Part shown: one piece after another, positions 13,606-25,790 of the stretch
Layout of the letters: every line of letters starts with the position of its first letter
Numbering within the stretch: the stretch's first letter is position 1
NCBI GenBank assembly: GCA_013265495.1
Contig: MU057801.1
Coordinates: forward strand, 2,882,765 to 2,946,764
Direction of reading: 5' to 3'
Origin: Vicugna vicugna
Lineage: Eukaryota
Length of the DNA: 64,000 nucleotides
Translations under genes and position numbers: made by a program
The notes under the pieces: model-generated
The model's input: the letters and a program-made list of their open reading frames with translations, nothing else
Told to the model about the DNA's origin: nothing
Database searches by the model: none

Positions 13606-14640
13606 CTCTGGTGGGAAAACTGGACAGCTACCTGTAAAAGACTGAAATTAGAACATTCTCTAACACCATATACAAAATAAACTCAAAATGGATTGAAGAC
13701 TTAAATGTAAGACCAGATACTATAAAACCCCTAGAGGAAAACATAGGCAAAACACTCTCAGACATAAATCGCAGCAATATATTTTTTGAACCAGCTCCTG
13801 GAGTAACGAAAATAAAAGGAAAAATAAACAAATGGGATCTAATTAACCTTAAAAGCTTTTGCACAGCTAAGGGTACCATCAACAAAATGAAAAGACAACT
13901 TACAGAATGGGAGAAAATATTTGCAAATGATGCGACTGACAAGGGACTAATTTCAAAAATATACAAACTGCTCATACAGCTTAATATCAAAAAAGCAAGC
14001 AACACAATCTAAAAACGGGCAGAAGACCTAAACAAGCAATTCTCCAATGAAGACATACAAATGGCCAAAAGGCACATGAAAAAATGCTCAGCATGGCTAA
14101 TTGTCAGAGAAATGCAGATCAAAACTACAATGAGGTATCACCTCACGCCAGCCAGAATGGCCATCATTGAGAAGTCTACCCTGGAGAGCGTATGGAGAGC
14201 AGGGAACCCTCCTACACTGTTGGCGGAGTATAGATTGGTGCAGCCACTATGGAGGACAGTATGGAGGTTCCTTAAAAAACTGAAAATAGACCGACCTACC
14301 ATGATATCCAGCTATCCCACTCCTGGGCATATATCTGGAGAAAAATAAAATTCAAAAAGACACCCCAATGTTCACAGCAGTACTATTTACAACAGCCAAG
14401 ACATGGAAACAACCCAAATGTCCATCAGCAGATAACTGGATAAAGAAGATGTGGTATATTTATACAATGGAATACTACTCAGCCATAAAAAATTTAATGC
14501 CATTTGTAGCAACATGGAAGGAACTGAAGATCATCATTCTAAGTAAAGTGGGCCGGAAACAGAAAGAAAGATGCCATACGACATCACTTATTACGTGGAA
14601 TCTAAAAGAAAAAAAAAAAGGACACAAATGAACTACTTAT
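13606..14640 (+). mobile_element. L1 fragment: ORF2 C-terminus plus proximal 3' UTR
   Basis: ORF-track peptides [36 protein letters not shown] and FTAVLFTTAKTWKQPKCPS..WIKKMWYIYTMEYYSAIK are L1 ORF2 C-terminal motifs; frameshifted. Confidence 0.95.
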
Positions 14641-17600
14641 TGTTCATAACTAAGATGACTGATTTCTTGAATATGTGTGAGCACACTTGACTGTCCTTTA
14701 TTATGGGATTACCGCATTCTGTTGATTCTTATTTTGTGGTTGGCTTTATTCCTTTGGTAACTATGTAAGTTTAAAAAGGTAAAGCTCTAAACTGTTTTTA
14801 GAAACAATGATCAGCACATATATGTAAACTAAAAAAAAAGTGCAGTATATTGTATATATGTATTTACATGCAATATATTGTATATTGCAGCCAAACTGTA
14901 ACAATTCTACCTAATAAAACTGAAAAATGAAAAAAAAGCCCTCTGGACTCCTTCCTCACTGATGGGACCACTGCTCTCCCTGTCAAAAGACTCAAGTTTT
15001 ATTCCTGTAAAGTGTAAACACAAGCTTTGATACTCTAGAAACAGAAGAAATACATGAAAGTTTTTAAAAAGAGTGCTGAGAACCCCAGTCTTCTTCCTCT
15101 GCTCCCAGAGAGCTGGAAGTTGGAGATGGGCCATGGTGAGCTCAGGAGCAAAAAATACAAGGTCGCCTCCCCGCTCTGACAATCCTTTGCTGAACATCCA
15201 GTTCCTGGTCTGCAGCTTTGTATTTTGCAAAAGAGCAGTGGAAGACCTGCATCCCCAGGACCCACTCACAGCCCTGCACTCTGACTTCCCTAAAGAGAGA
15301 CTGAGGTGGAACTGCATTAAATCTGTTTGGGAAAGAAACACTACCTTCTCAATATAATGGATTCTCATCTAAAAATGTATCTTTCCACTTAAACAAATAT
15401 TATTTTATGGTCTCAGTAAAGCTTAATAACTTTGTTCATAAAGACTATATATTTCCTATGTGTATTCTTAGATATTGTATAGTTTTTGTTGCTACTATGA
15501 AACAGTTTATCCTTTACATTTTTCTAGTTGGTTAGCTACTGGTATAAAAGGAGGCTATATATTTATTTTGCATTTGAAAATCTTACTGAGATCCATTAGT
15601 TCTGAGAAATTTTTGGTTGATTTTTATTGGAGTCTTCTAGTTAAAACATCATTATCTGCAAGCAAGCAATGACAATTTCTACTCCTTAGAGGTTTATCTT
15701 TTAACTTTTTCTTAACTTCCCACAATATCTAGCATATTCAGAATAATATTTTACAGCAGAGGTGAGAGCAGATGAAAAACCTTGCTTCTTCACTTGAATT
15801 TACATTAATTTAACAAATACTTTTCAAGCATCTACTACGTGCCAGGCAGTAAATAAAATGATTAACATTTCACTTTTCCATATAATGTTGGCTGATGAAC
15901 TATCTTGTCATCTTGTCTTTGATCAAGATTTAATTTTAAGTGTAACAGATGGTAGACCTGCCAATGAAATGTAGAACATGAAGGTACAAAAAGGAGCTTT
16001 AGAAAAAAAAACAATGTAAGCATCCGCATTTCCACTCACTTGAGAATCTCTAAGCCTAAGGTTTCTCGTGCTGAGATGGAGTAGAAAGGCCTCCTGCTGG
16101 ACCACACCAGCAGAGAGCAGGGCACCAAAGGCCCCAGGACCACACCATGCTGCCCTCTGGGTCAAGGCCATCCTGGGACTCCACTGAAATAGCTCTTGAA
16201 ATCATTCTCCTTCTGCTTTCATTTGAATGAAACAAAGCCTCACGATGAGGCAACATTGAAGGAATTTATCTTCAGATACAAAGGGCACTATTTTGTGACA
16301 CTTTCTGTTATCCAAAAATGTAGCACCAAGATGACATGCAGAAATACAAACTGAACAATGAAGCTCCACCTTCACCTGTATTACTGGCAAAGAATAAGAA
16401 CACCAACAATACCAAAACAGTAAGTATAGGCAAACACCTGCCCCACTGCCAGAGGGACCTCCTCTCTGGCCAAGCAGCTCCACTCTGGAGGGCTGCCCAC
16501 AGGACTTGATCATCCCGGCACACCAGGAAGGCTGTGCACAGGTGTCCTCTGCGCAGCACGGTCTGAGAGAGGAAGATGGAATACATTCGCAGTATTCACC
16601 AGGGGTTACTTTCTCATAGCTTTATGTCCTCCCGGTAACAGATAAATATAGAAAACCTGCAAGCTACAAAAAGGTATTGATAGGAGAATGAAAATAACCT
16701 CAAATCACGTGATTCTACAGGAGCCACCGTTAATACACTAGACTAGTAGAATGTCCTTGTAAACTTGATTCCATATTAACTAGATCTTATAAAGGCAGAT
16801 CTGTGGTGGAGATGCTGGTAAGCCACCAGAAGTCCGTAAGCGCCCTTCCCTAGTGCAGAGCTGGCGATGTGAAGCGCCTCCCCAGCTATATCTCCAACCC
16901 ACCTGAAGGCGCACGTGAGGCCTCGGGAGCAGACTGCCAGAGTAGTGTGACTCATGTGCACGTGGCTGTCAGTACTGGTTTGGTAAAGTAGCCAGTATCA
17001 TCCTGGCATGCTCATTTTTCTTTTTAGCTTACCAACAAATTTTTTAAAGGTCACATGTTATATATTTCAAAAGGTAAAAACAAAGTGGCCCGACTGACAA
17101 CTCCATGCACTCCGCGCCCATTTTCATTAGCTACTTACTTATCCTTCCAGTGTTTCCTTATGCAAACACACATACATGTTCTCATTCCTTGTTTTTCTCA
17201 CACTACACAATGCAAACTGCTTCACATGTCGATTTTTCTCTCTCAACAATATGCCTAAGCAGTCGCTGCCTATCAACTCACAGCTGCAGTGCAGCCCCAC
17301 AGCACTTCACTGGGCTGATACATCGCAGGGTGTTACACCAGCCTCCAGTCACTGGACACTCAGGCTGTTTCCAGCAGTCAGCGCCACCAAGAGTCATCCT
17401 GTACACGTGTAATTTTTTATGCGTAAATGCACATGGGACAGTCCTAGAATGGAAACTGCTGGAACAAAGAGTAAAGCAACTAGGATTAAGAAATTACTCT
17501 CTCAAATCCCTGCTTCCCTCAAAGCCTCACTAGCAAAGTAGTTGTCCAAGAGGCACGTCTGCCAATCTGACAGCTGAAAACTTTGATTTCATTTCTCTAA

Positions 17601-19224
17601 TTATGAATAAGTATGGTTGCACAACCTTTCGCATAATGAGGATATGGTATTTCTTTTTCTATTAATTACGCATGTCCTTTGCACATTTTTCACTGGGTTT
17701 TGATTTTTTCTTTTAAATTCCTAGAAGCTCTTTATTTATTAGAGTAATTTAGCTTCTCATCTATATGAGCTGCAAATATCTTTTCTTGTCATTAGTCATG
17801 TCATGCAGGTATTTTTTATATTCATATTTCTGGAATTTCCGTCCTGTCTCATTGGCATGTTACTCAAGTCACCGCTGTCTTGCTGAACCTGAATACAGCA
17901 GCACGGACCAGTGTCTACTCGTGCTCCCTCCCCACAGGGCACCTGCAACTCCTGTATCTTGTTCTTTCACTGAAATTCAGAATCAGCTTGTGTAGAACCC
18001 AAGAGAACCAGGTTAGCATTTTTACTTGGAATCTTATTAAGCGAATAATCGAACGTAGGGAGATTAGGCAGTTTATGATGTGAGCTTTTCTAGTCAAGAA
18101 CACACATGTCCTTACATTTGTTCAGGTGAACTTCTGTGTCCTCTGAGAATGTTTAAGCTTTCTTCTTAGAGAGCTAGTGTCTTTCCTTCTAAGGCATTAT
18201 TCCTCATAGGCATTTTTCGTTATTTGATTTTTTTTTATTGATTTTGTTTGTGATTTTATCTCACAACTAATTGTTGTTGTTTGTATGCATGAAATCTATG
18301 ATCCCAGCACACTAACCTCCTGTCTTCCACACAGGGGACCATGCACCCACACAACAAAGTGCCATGCAGTTGTCAGTGACAAGGAACATGCGTCTGCGCA
18401 GTGATGTTGGGGGAGAAATTTCATGTCAGTGGAGGTGAGGGCAGAGAATTTACCACATAAGCTTCAGTATTTTTTAAAATTTTAAATATATTTCTTGTAT
18501 ATAATAAAAAAGATTTCAAAAATCGGGTGGTTGTACTAGCATGAACAGGCTATACCACGATGCAGGAACAAACCACCACCAGAGGCATCCGCATGAAAAA
18601 CAACAGTTTACTTCTTGCTCTGGCTGTGTCCAGCCCTGGTCAGCAGGGGCTTCTGCTAATCCTAGTAGCTCAGGAACCTGTCAGGAAGCGCCACTGCCTC
18701 GTGATGTCACCATCTCCCCAGATGGCGTTAGGAAAGAAGGCACGGAGAACCACAAACCTGCTATGAAATGTTTCTACCTAGAGAGTAATGACACTTCTTT
18801 CACAACAGGAGACCGTGTCTCACTTCAAGGGGGCGAGGCCCGGAACCAGGAAGTCGGTGAGCAGTAGTGATGTGCCCACAGGGTGAAACAGCTACACGTG
18901 AGGGCGCAGCGCTTACAAGGTGGACAAAGCAAGCCACTTCACAACTTCACACTGCAGAAATGCCCTCTTTAAAGGAGCACTAGGTAAATTCTTTAACAAA
19001 GGACTACTTTTAGATGCAAGTGAACCTGCCACCACCCCCCCTTTAATTTTCCTACCTGAGAAGCCTGAGCTTCTGGGTTCTTCGTTTTATTAAAGGAGCA
19101 CACACTGGCACCGCGGAACTCCCCCCCCCCTTAACCTGACTACCACTGCCGAGGACGTGCTCACCTCCATGTCTGCAGGTACGGTTAGCTTAGGGTTAGG
19201 TTTGGGTTAGGTGAGACAGGACAG

Positions 19225-19590
19225 ACAGCAAAACACCAATATCATGTGATTTCTCTTATAAGTGGAATCTAAAAAGCAGAACAAATGTAACAAAGCAGAA
19301 ATAGACTGATAGATACAAAGAACAAATAGGGGGTCACCAGAGGGGAAGCCGGTGGGGGATGAGGGAAGGTGAGGGAGATTAAGAAGTACAACTTCCAGTT
19401 ACAAAATAAATGTCACAGGGATGAAACGTACAATACAGGGATTCGGTGGATAATACTATAGTAACTTTGTAGGGTGACAGATGGTAGACTTACTGTGGTG
19501 ACTACTTTGTCATGTACAAAAATGCTGAATCACTATGTTGCACACCTAAAACTGACACAGTAAGTCAATTATACTTCATTTACTTCATTT
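19225..19590 (+). mobile_element. L1 3' UTR fragment (L1MA9/L1_Art-like)
   Basis: gtggaatctaaaaagcagaacaaatg...cttccagttacaaaataaatgtcacagggatg...atcactatgttgcacacctaaaact...gtcaattatacttca. Confidence 0.8.
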
Positions 19591-19794
19591 TTCAAGGTAG
19601 GGAGGGAGGAAGAATTCTAGGTGGGCAGTGGTGGGGTTTTATTGTGGGTTTTTTTTTTCCAGTGCTCTAAAGACATTGCTCCATGACCTTCTTTGTTACT
19701 ATTTTTTTCCTGACAAGAAATCTGCTGTCACCTGCATATCTGCTCATTTGTACATGTCTTTTTCCCTCTGGCTGCTTTTAAGATTCTTCTTTTT

Positions 19795-20184
19795 CAGCAG
19801 ATAACCCTGTGCCCAGCAAAATGGAGCTTGAGGCCATGAGCAGATACCGCAGCCCAGTGAACCCGGCTGTCTTTCCCCATCTGACCATGGTGCTGTTGGC
19901 CACTGGAACACTCTTAGCCACCTGACTCTTTGTGCACGAGGTCACCCCCACAGAGTGCACTAGGGCTGTCCAGAAGGAGCTCCTCATCTCTCTTGGTGGT
20001 CTCACTCTCCCTGGGCTTTGGGGTCCTCGTCCTGCTGCTCTAGGTCGGCATCTACGTACGAGCTCCCAAGGGTTCCAGCCAGGTGGCTTCACTGAATCCC
20101 TGCTTTTGTAAATTAATTTTTTTACTATTGCTGAAAATATCCCACCTGCTGCTCACAATAAAGGCAGATGTGTGACAAAAAAAA
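19795..20184 (+). pseudogene. TMEM258: Processed pseudogene of TMEM258 (OST complex subunit)
   Basis: ATG at 19821: [56 protein letters not shown], then a frameshift, then GFGVLVLLL*VGIYV. Intronless; stops at 19923 and 20041; AATAAA 20157-20162; A-tail 20177-20184; degenerate 15-bp TSD. Confidence 0.93.
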
Positions 20185-20741
20185 TATTTTTCTTTTTATT
20201 ACTGGTTTTGAGCAATCTGATTATGATGCACCTTGGTATAGTTTTCTTACTGTTTTTTTGTGTGGGTGGGTGATTCACTGAGCTTTTTAGACAGTGAGTT
20301 TGTAGTTGCCACCGAGCTTGGAAAATTTCTGGCCTTTATTCCTTCATCTACTTTTTCTCTCTCTCCTGCTTCTGTGGGGACTCAAATTACCCACACATTA
20401 AGTTGCCTGATTTTTCCACAGCTCAGTGCTGCTTCTGAACATTGTTCTGATTCTCTTTCTGTGTCTCATGTTGGGTAACTGAGTCTTTCTTTCTGCAGTG
20501 TCTAGTCTGCCATTACCGCCCTTCTGTGTGTCTTCCACCTCACATACCTGCAATTCTCATCTTTAAAAATTTGACGGGTAATTCTCCTATCTTCCATGAC
20601 TCTACTTAACTTTTTGAACATATGGAATATGGTTGTAGTAACTTTTAATGCCCTTTGCTAGCTCAAACATGTGTCAATTTTGGTTGGTTTCCATTAATTG
20701 ATTATTCTAAGTCATACATTTCTGTCTCTTTGCATGTCTGT

Positions 20742-21136
20742 GGGTTATGTACTGAATTCTGCCCCACAACCCCAATTCAGGTGTTTACATCCTAACTCCC
20801 AGTGCTTCAGAACATGACTATTTTTGGAGACAGAGTCTTTAAAGAGGTTAAGTTAAAATGTGGTCATTTGGGTGGGCTGTAATCCGCTAAGAGTGGTGTC
20901 CTTAGGAGAAGAAACGGACAGATCATGCAGAGGGAAGACATGCAAGACACAGGGAGAAGACGGTCACCTCCACGTCGAGGAGAGAGACCCGTGAAGAAAC
21001 CAGTGCTGCCAACACACCGACCTCAGACTTGTAGCACCCAGAATCGTGACAAAGTTGTGACAATCGTGACAAACACGTCTTGTTTCAGCTGCCCAATCCG
21101 TCGTGCTCTGCTATGGCCACCCAGGAAATGAAAACA
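20742..21136 (+). mobile_element. MaLR solo LTR (MLT1A/B-like)
   Basis: ttatgtactgaattctgcccc...ttggagacagagtctttaaagagg...gacacagggagaagacggtc...ctatggccacccaggaaatgaaaaca. Confidence 0.8.
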
Positions 21137-22425
21137 TCTGGCCACCTCCGATCAGATGTCAGATACTGTGAAGTTTACTTCGCTGGCTGCTGGGTGTTTT
21201 TTATATTCCTAAAAATCTAATTGACTCCTGTTTCAGGATGCAGTTAAGTTACTGGGAAACAGTTTGCTTTTTCTGGGTTTTGCTTTTATGATTTGTTAGG
21301 TGGGTCCAGAGCAGTACTCAGTCTAAGGCTAATTATTTCCCATCACTGAAGCTTGACATTCCTGAGTGTCCTGCCCACTGTCCTGTGGTTATGGGTCTTG
21401 TCAGAGGGAACTGGAGCTGTTTCACCGGAACCTTTCGAGAAGTTCTCTCCTCGGCCTCAGGTAGCTTCCTCACTTGCACGTGTGAGTGGCGCTCTGCTGG
21501 ACACACAAGGTGGTCCCCCAAGATATCTCCAGAGTTCCCTCTGTGCTGCTGCCTCCCCTTGCCCTCTGTCTAAAACCACAGGCGTGCCGGTGTCCCCAGG
21601 CCCTGAGCACCTTGCCCACAACTCGGGGGTCCGCCAGGCTCCACATCAGTGCCCCCTCCCTGTGCCACAGCAGAAAGCTGGGGCTGCTGCAGGGCTCGCC
21701 TCATTTGTCTGTCACCTCTCAGGGATCACTCTCTCTCACTGCGGTGGCCAGTGTTTTGAAAGCTTTTGTTTCGTGCATTTTGTCTGACTTTTGTTGTTGT
21801 TGTGTTGGTTACTTCGGGGTAAATTCAGTCCCTGTTACTCCATCTTGGCCAGAACTGGAAGTTCTGTATTTCTATTAAAAAGTGTCTATATTTGGTTTTC
21901 ACAAATTCCTTCATTACTGTAACCATCAAAACTATTAAGGAAGAGTGTTTGGCTTTATTTCACAATATCAATAGATACATTCCAAATATATCTCCTTTTA
22001 CGATGTATTCCATTATGCCAGATATACATGCATATTCCATTATATTAACTGACTATATTCTCTCAGAAGGAACAAAAGAGTAAAGCCAAGATTCACTCCC
22101 CAAAACTAATAGCTGGACTAAATTCTTCTTAGTTCGTAAGTGGAAACCTTAAGAACAATCTTCAAAATCTTGTTCAAACACAGTCCTGGGAGTAATTTCA
22201 CTAAACAGAATTGAAAGCTCTAAGGCTTTACTAAAATACACAGGAGCAATCCATAAATGCTTTTGTTCCCAGAGAAGAAAACAGAAAGTCATGAGGGTGT
22301 TGGCAGAGCTGAACAGCTGGGTGTCCTGCTGTGAAAAGGCCTTATTCTCCTGACAGTGACAAGAATGTTTAATCACTATAGTACAGCTTGTTTTCAAGTG
22401 CTTTATACACAAATGCATTACCTAC

Positions 22426-22812
22426 TGTTAAAAAACAAAGTTCAACTGAGCAAATCTTAAAGATCTTATTGGCTTTACTCAGCAATTCATGAATCAGGCG
22501 GCATCCCATGAAGCAGCCAGACAGGAGCCACAAGGAGCTGTAGAAAGTGAAAGACTTCCAGAGGCAGAAGGGAGTAGGAATAAGGAGGTTTTGTGAGACA
22601 AAAAAAAATCCAACAGGTTCTTTACCGCAAGGGCACTTTCCCTCGGGAAATGGCAGAGGTCCTCCAGGCAGATGACCTCATTAGCGCTGATCAGGAGAGC
22701 AGGCAACCACTGCCTGACTGATAAGATTCCATTTCTAGGAGCTGAGACTGCAATAAAGTTAGGTCTCAGTTTGGTGACCCCATTTTGGGTCTGCTGTCTT
22801 TTTTTAAAAACG
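22426..22812. mobile_element. Probable ERV solo LTR
   Basis: Begins tgttaaaaaacaaagttcaactgagcaaatcttaaagatcttattggctttact, resembling a recalled laurasiatherian LTR end; family not assigned. Confidence 0.45.
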
Positions 22813-24699
22813 TCCTTGCTTTATTTTTCTTTGTCTTTCTTGCGGTCTTTCTCCTACATGCAAATATGAGCTCCACAAAGGGTGAGGCCTGTCTGACTCT
22901 TGTGTAATGTTCTAACCACATCTTCCAGCACACAGTAGGTCTTCAACAAGTGTTTGTTAGATGAATAAAAGAACAACACGCAAGCAATATTCTTAATATA
23001 TGCCACACTATTAAAAGTTATTACTCAGGGGATAATTCCACTTTCTCAATTATACTGTTTTATATTTGTATTAAGAAATTTTTATGACTTTTATAATCAG
23101 AAAAAAAAATGAGAGAGGAACAGAGGGAAAGACACAGGGTCCCTCGGGGGCTACCTTTCACCATGGCGACTGCCATCCCTTGTGGTGGCCTCAGACCTGG
23201 AGCTCCCTGCCTTGGTCCCTGTAGGGTCTCCCTCTTGCTGTCTCTTGAGGTCCTGCGGCTACACTGGCAGGCTCCCAGCCGGCCTACTCTGCTGTAACAG
23301 TCCTTTCCTCCTGGAACCCTAAGCCAAACACCAAATGTCCTGGAACGGCAGTCTTCTTATTTTCCTTCCCGTAGGTTCTGCCATGACATGCCCTGTCGAA
23401 GGGTCCCGTGTCCCCAGATTGTGAGAATTTCTTTTCTTTTACCTACAGATAGCTTGGTATACCAGAAATGTGCTGACAGGGTGAGTTACCAAAAAATGTC
23501 AGAGCAACAAAGGCCGAATGTGAGACCAGACTAACCATCTCCAGCCGTCCCTGCACTCTGTCTCTACTAGACATCGTTAGAATGTCTGAGCATAAGAGCT
23601 GATGGCTGCCACACATAAAAACTGAGAGACAGCAAACTCTCTGTGGACGGGTGCTGCCTTCTTTCACCTTTACACTCCCAGTGCCTAGCAAGGCATCAAA
23701 CAAACCACAGGAGCACGGTAACTGTTTGTGGAATAAAATAACCTATGAGCCCCAACACTGACCTGACTGACCACTTTCAGGTGGGAACAACACGACGGTC
23801 CAAGCCCAGGAATGGCACTAGTCAAGCATGAATGCAGAAGGGTTCGCACACGTTGTTAGAAGAAAACAGCTGAAAGTTAAAAGCTGTAAGTCTCTTCCAG
23901 GGCACTAAACTGCAGCATCAAAATGACCTGCTTCAACTGCAGCATTCTTCCCTTCCTCATGAACCACTCAGTCAACATACCCAAGCCTTGTGTGGAGATC
24001 CCACAAGTCTGGGGAGAACTGAAAACAATTTCAACTTTCTTTTCTTTACCCTACAGCTCAGGATAATCTTCAAGCTTCAAAAACAAACCCTAAATCCCAG
24101 CCTTCCTCAGATGGGCTTGTATTCCTTCCCTGGCCCTCCTCTGCCTTCATCTCCACAAAACAAAGAGACTGAACCTTCCGAACCTCTTCACACTGACACT
24201 CATCTACCTCCTCTCCGGCAGCTGCTCAGGGCATTTCCACACCTGGTAAACAGAGTACACATGACCCAGATAGTTAACTTCCGTAAGCACCATTTCAAGA
24301 CAAACTCTGCTTCGAGACTTAGCTATCTGTGCAGTAGCACAGCCTGAGAGGCAGGAATCCGCCTGCTTCCTACGTAGTCACCCCTCGGTGTCACCCCACC
24401 GTCACCTCAAACCCAGCCCCAGGAGCCTCCTGGCTAGGATGTGTGCAGGCCCTCACGGAGCCACCACCCTCAGGCCCCCCGAACTTGGCAGCACTCGGCT
24501 GTGCAGAACACACATAGCTTCTCAGACACACAGCAAGTCAAGAACCTCCAATGCCCTCACCCTGCAATCTAACCACCTCCCTGCAACTTCACAGCACCCT
24601 TGGCCTTCCTTCCTGTCTGGGAACCCTGGCCTTGCCTTGGGGTACTGGTTCCACAGACACCATGCCACCAGTGCCAGGCACCACCGGTCTTTCCCCCAC

Positions 24700-25790
24700 T
24701 GGACTGTCCCCATGAGCACACCAAGGCACTCTAACAGCACTGGCCAGAAACCTGCTCCTACTCCAGCTACCCACTCCCCTCATTTCTGTTCCGTTTTGTG
24801 GCAAAACTCCTTGAGAAAGCTATCTGCACTTCTTCTCTCCACTTCTCTCTGGAGCCTCTCCATCAGGCTCCTACCCCAACCACTTGCACTGGCCACACTT
24901 GTCAATCCCTGATCTCCATCACCAAATCCAACAGCAGATCACACTTGTCTGTCCAACAGGCTTCTTCAAGCGGCTGCCTCCACCCCTTCCTCCCAGCTCT
25001 CCTCTCAACTCACTCCCTCCAGGCCTCCTTGGCTTGACCTCCCCCCAACCCCCACTTCTCCCAGCCCAAACCATCTGGGCCCTGTCGGGACTCTGAACGC
25101 CGTCTGCAGGCTTACACTGGAGGTCGGCCCCGACTCTCCCTGAACTCCAACTCCTCCCACCTACTCCACTCGCATGCTTCACAGGCACCTCCTTATGCCC
25201 CTATCACACCCATTCCCCACAACTGCCTCACCTCCACACATGGCAGCCCCACTCATCCGGCTGCTCGGAGAACTGGTGAATCCTCTGACTCTCTTCTGTC
25301 TTTCACACTAATTCACTGGCAAATCCTGCTGACACCTCCTTCGAAACATCCAGAACACAGCATGTCTTCTCATCTCTACCCCAGGCCCGAGTCCCCAGCA
25401 TCTGTTGCCTGGGTGACCCCTAGTGGGTCCCCCTGCTCCCCCTGCCCCTCCAGTCCGTCTTCATCCCGGCAGTCAGAGTGACATGCTAAGGACATACATC
25501 ATATCCAGGTGTTTCTCCACTCTGAAGCAGCCAGTGGCTTCCATTCAAATGTCCCCTTACAAGAAAGGCCTCCTGTCACCCAAACTGCACACAAGCCTCA
25601 GCCGTTCCTCACTGGCCCTACTTTTCTCCTCAAGCCCTGAGCACTCAACACAGCACACACTTGTTCCCTTGTCACTGCCTCCCCCACAAGAAAGCTCTCA
25701 AGTCATGACCCACATCCACTGCTGCAGCCTCAGCACTTAGAAGGCTTACTGTACGTAGCAGGTACTCAAACTCTGCTAAATAAACGGGTA
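24700..25790 (+). mobile_element. L2 fragments
   Basis: C-rich L2 ORF2/3' remnants ending ...cacttagaaggcttactgtacgtagcaggtactcaaactctgctaaataaac. Confidence 0.55.

Larger units (their letters stand above)
19660..21870 (-). mobile_element. Old L1 5'/ORF1-region fragment hosting the TMEM258 retrocopy and an MLT1 LTR
   Basis: ctctggctgcttttaagatt...ttttgagcaatctgattatgatgcaccttggtatagttttc is continuous once the retrocopy is removed; boundaries approximate. Confidence 0.6.

Noticed and set aside
19923..20043. Both TMEM258 Trp codons mutated to stops as a possible APOBEC3 editing signature
   Set aside because: Only two events, one outside the typical dinucleotide context, among many other substitution types; consistent with neutral decay
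21042..21073. Short tandem duplication aatcgtgacaaa inside the MLT1 LTR
   Set aside because: Simple slippage-type duplication with no sign of function
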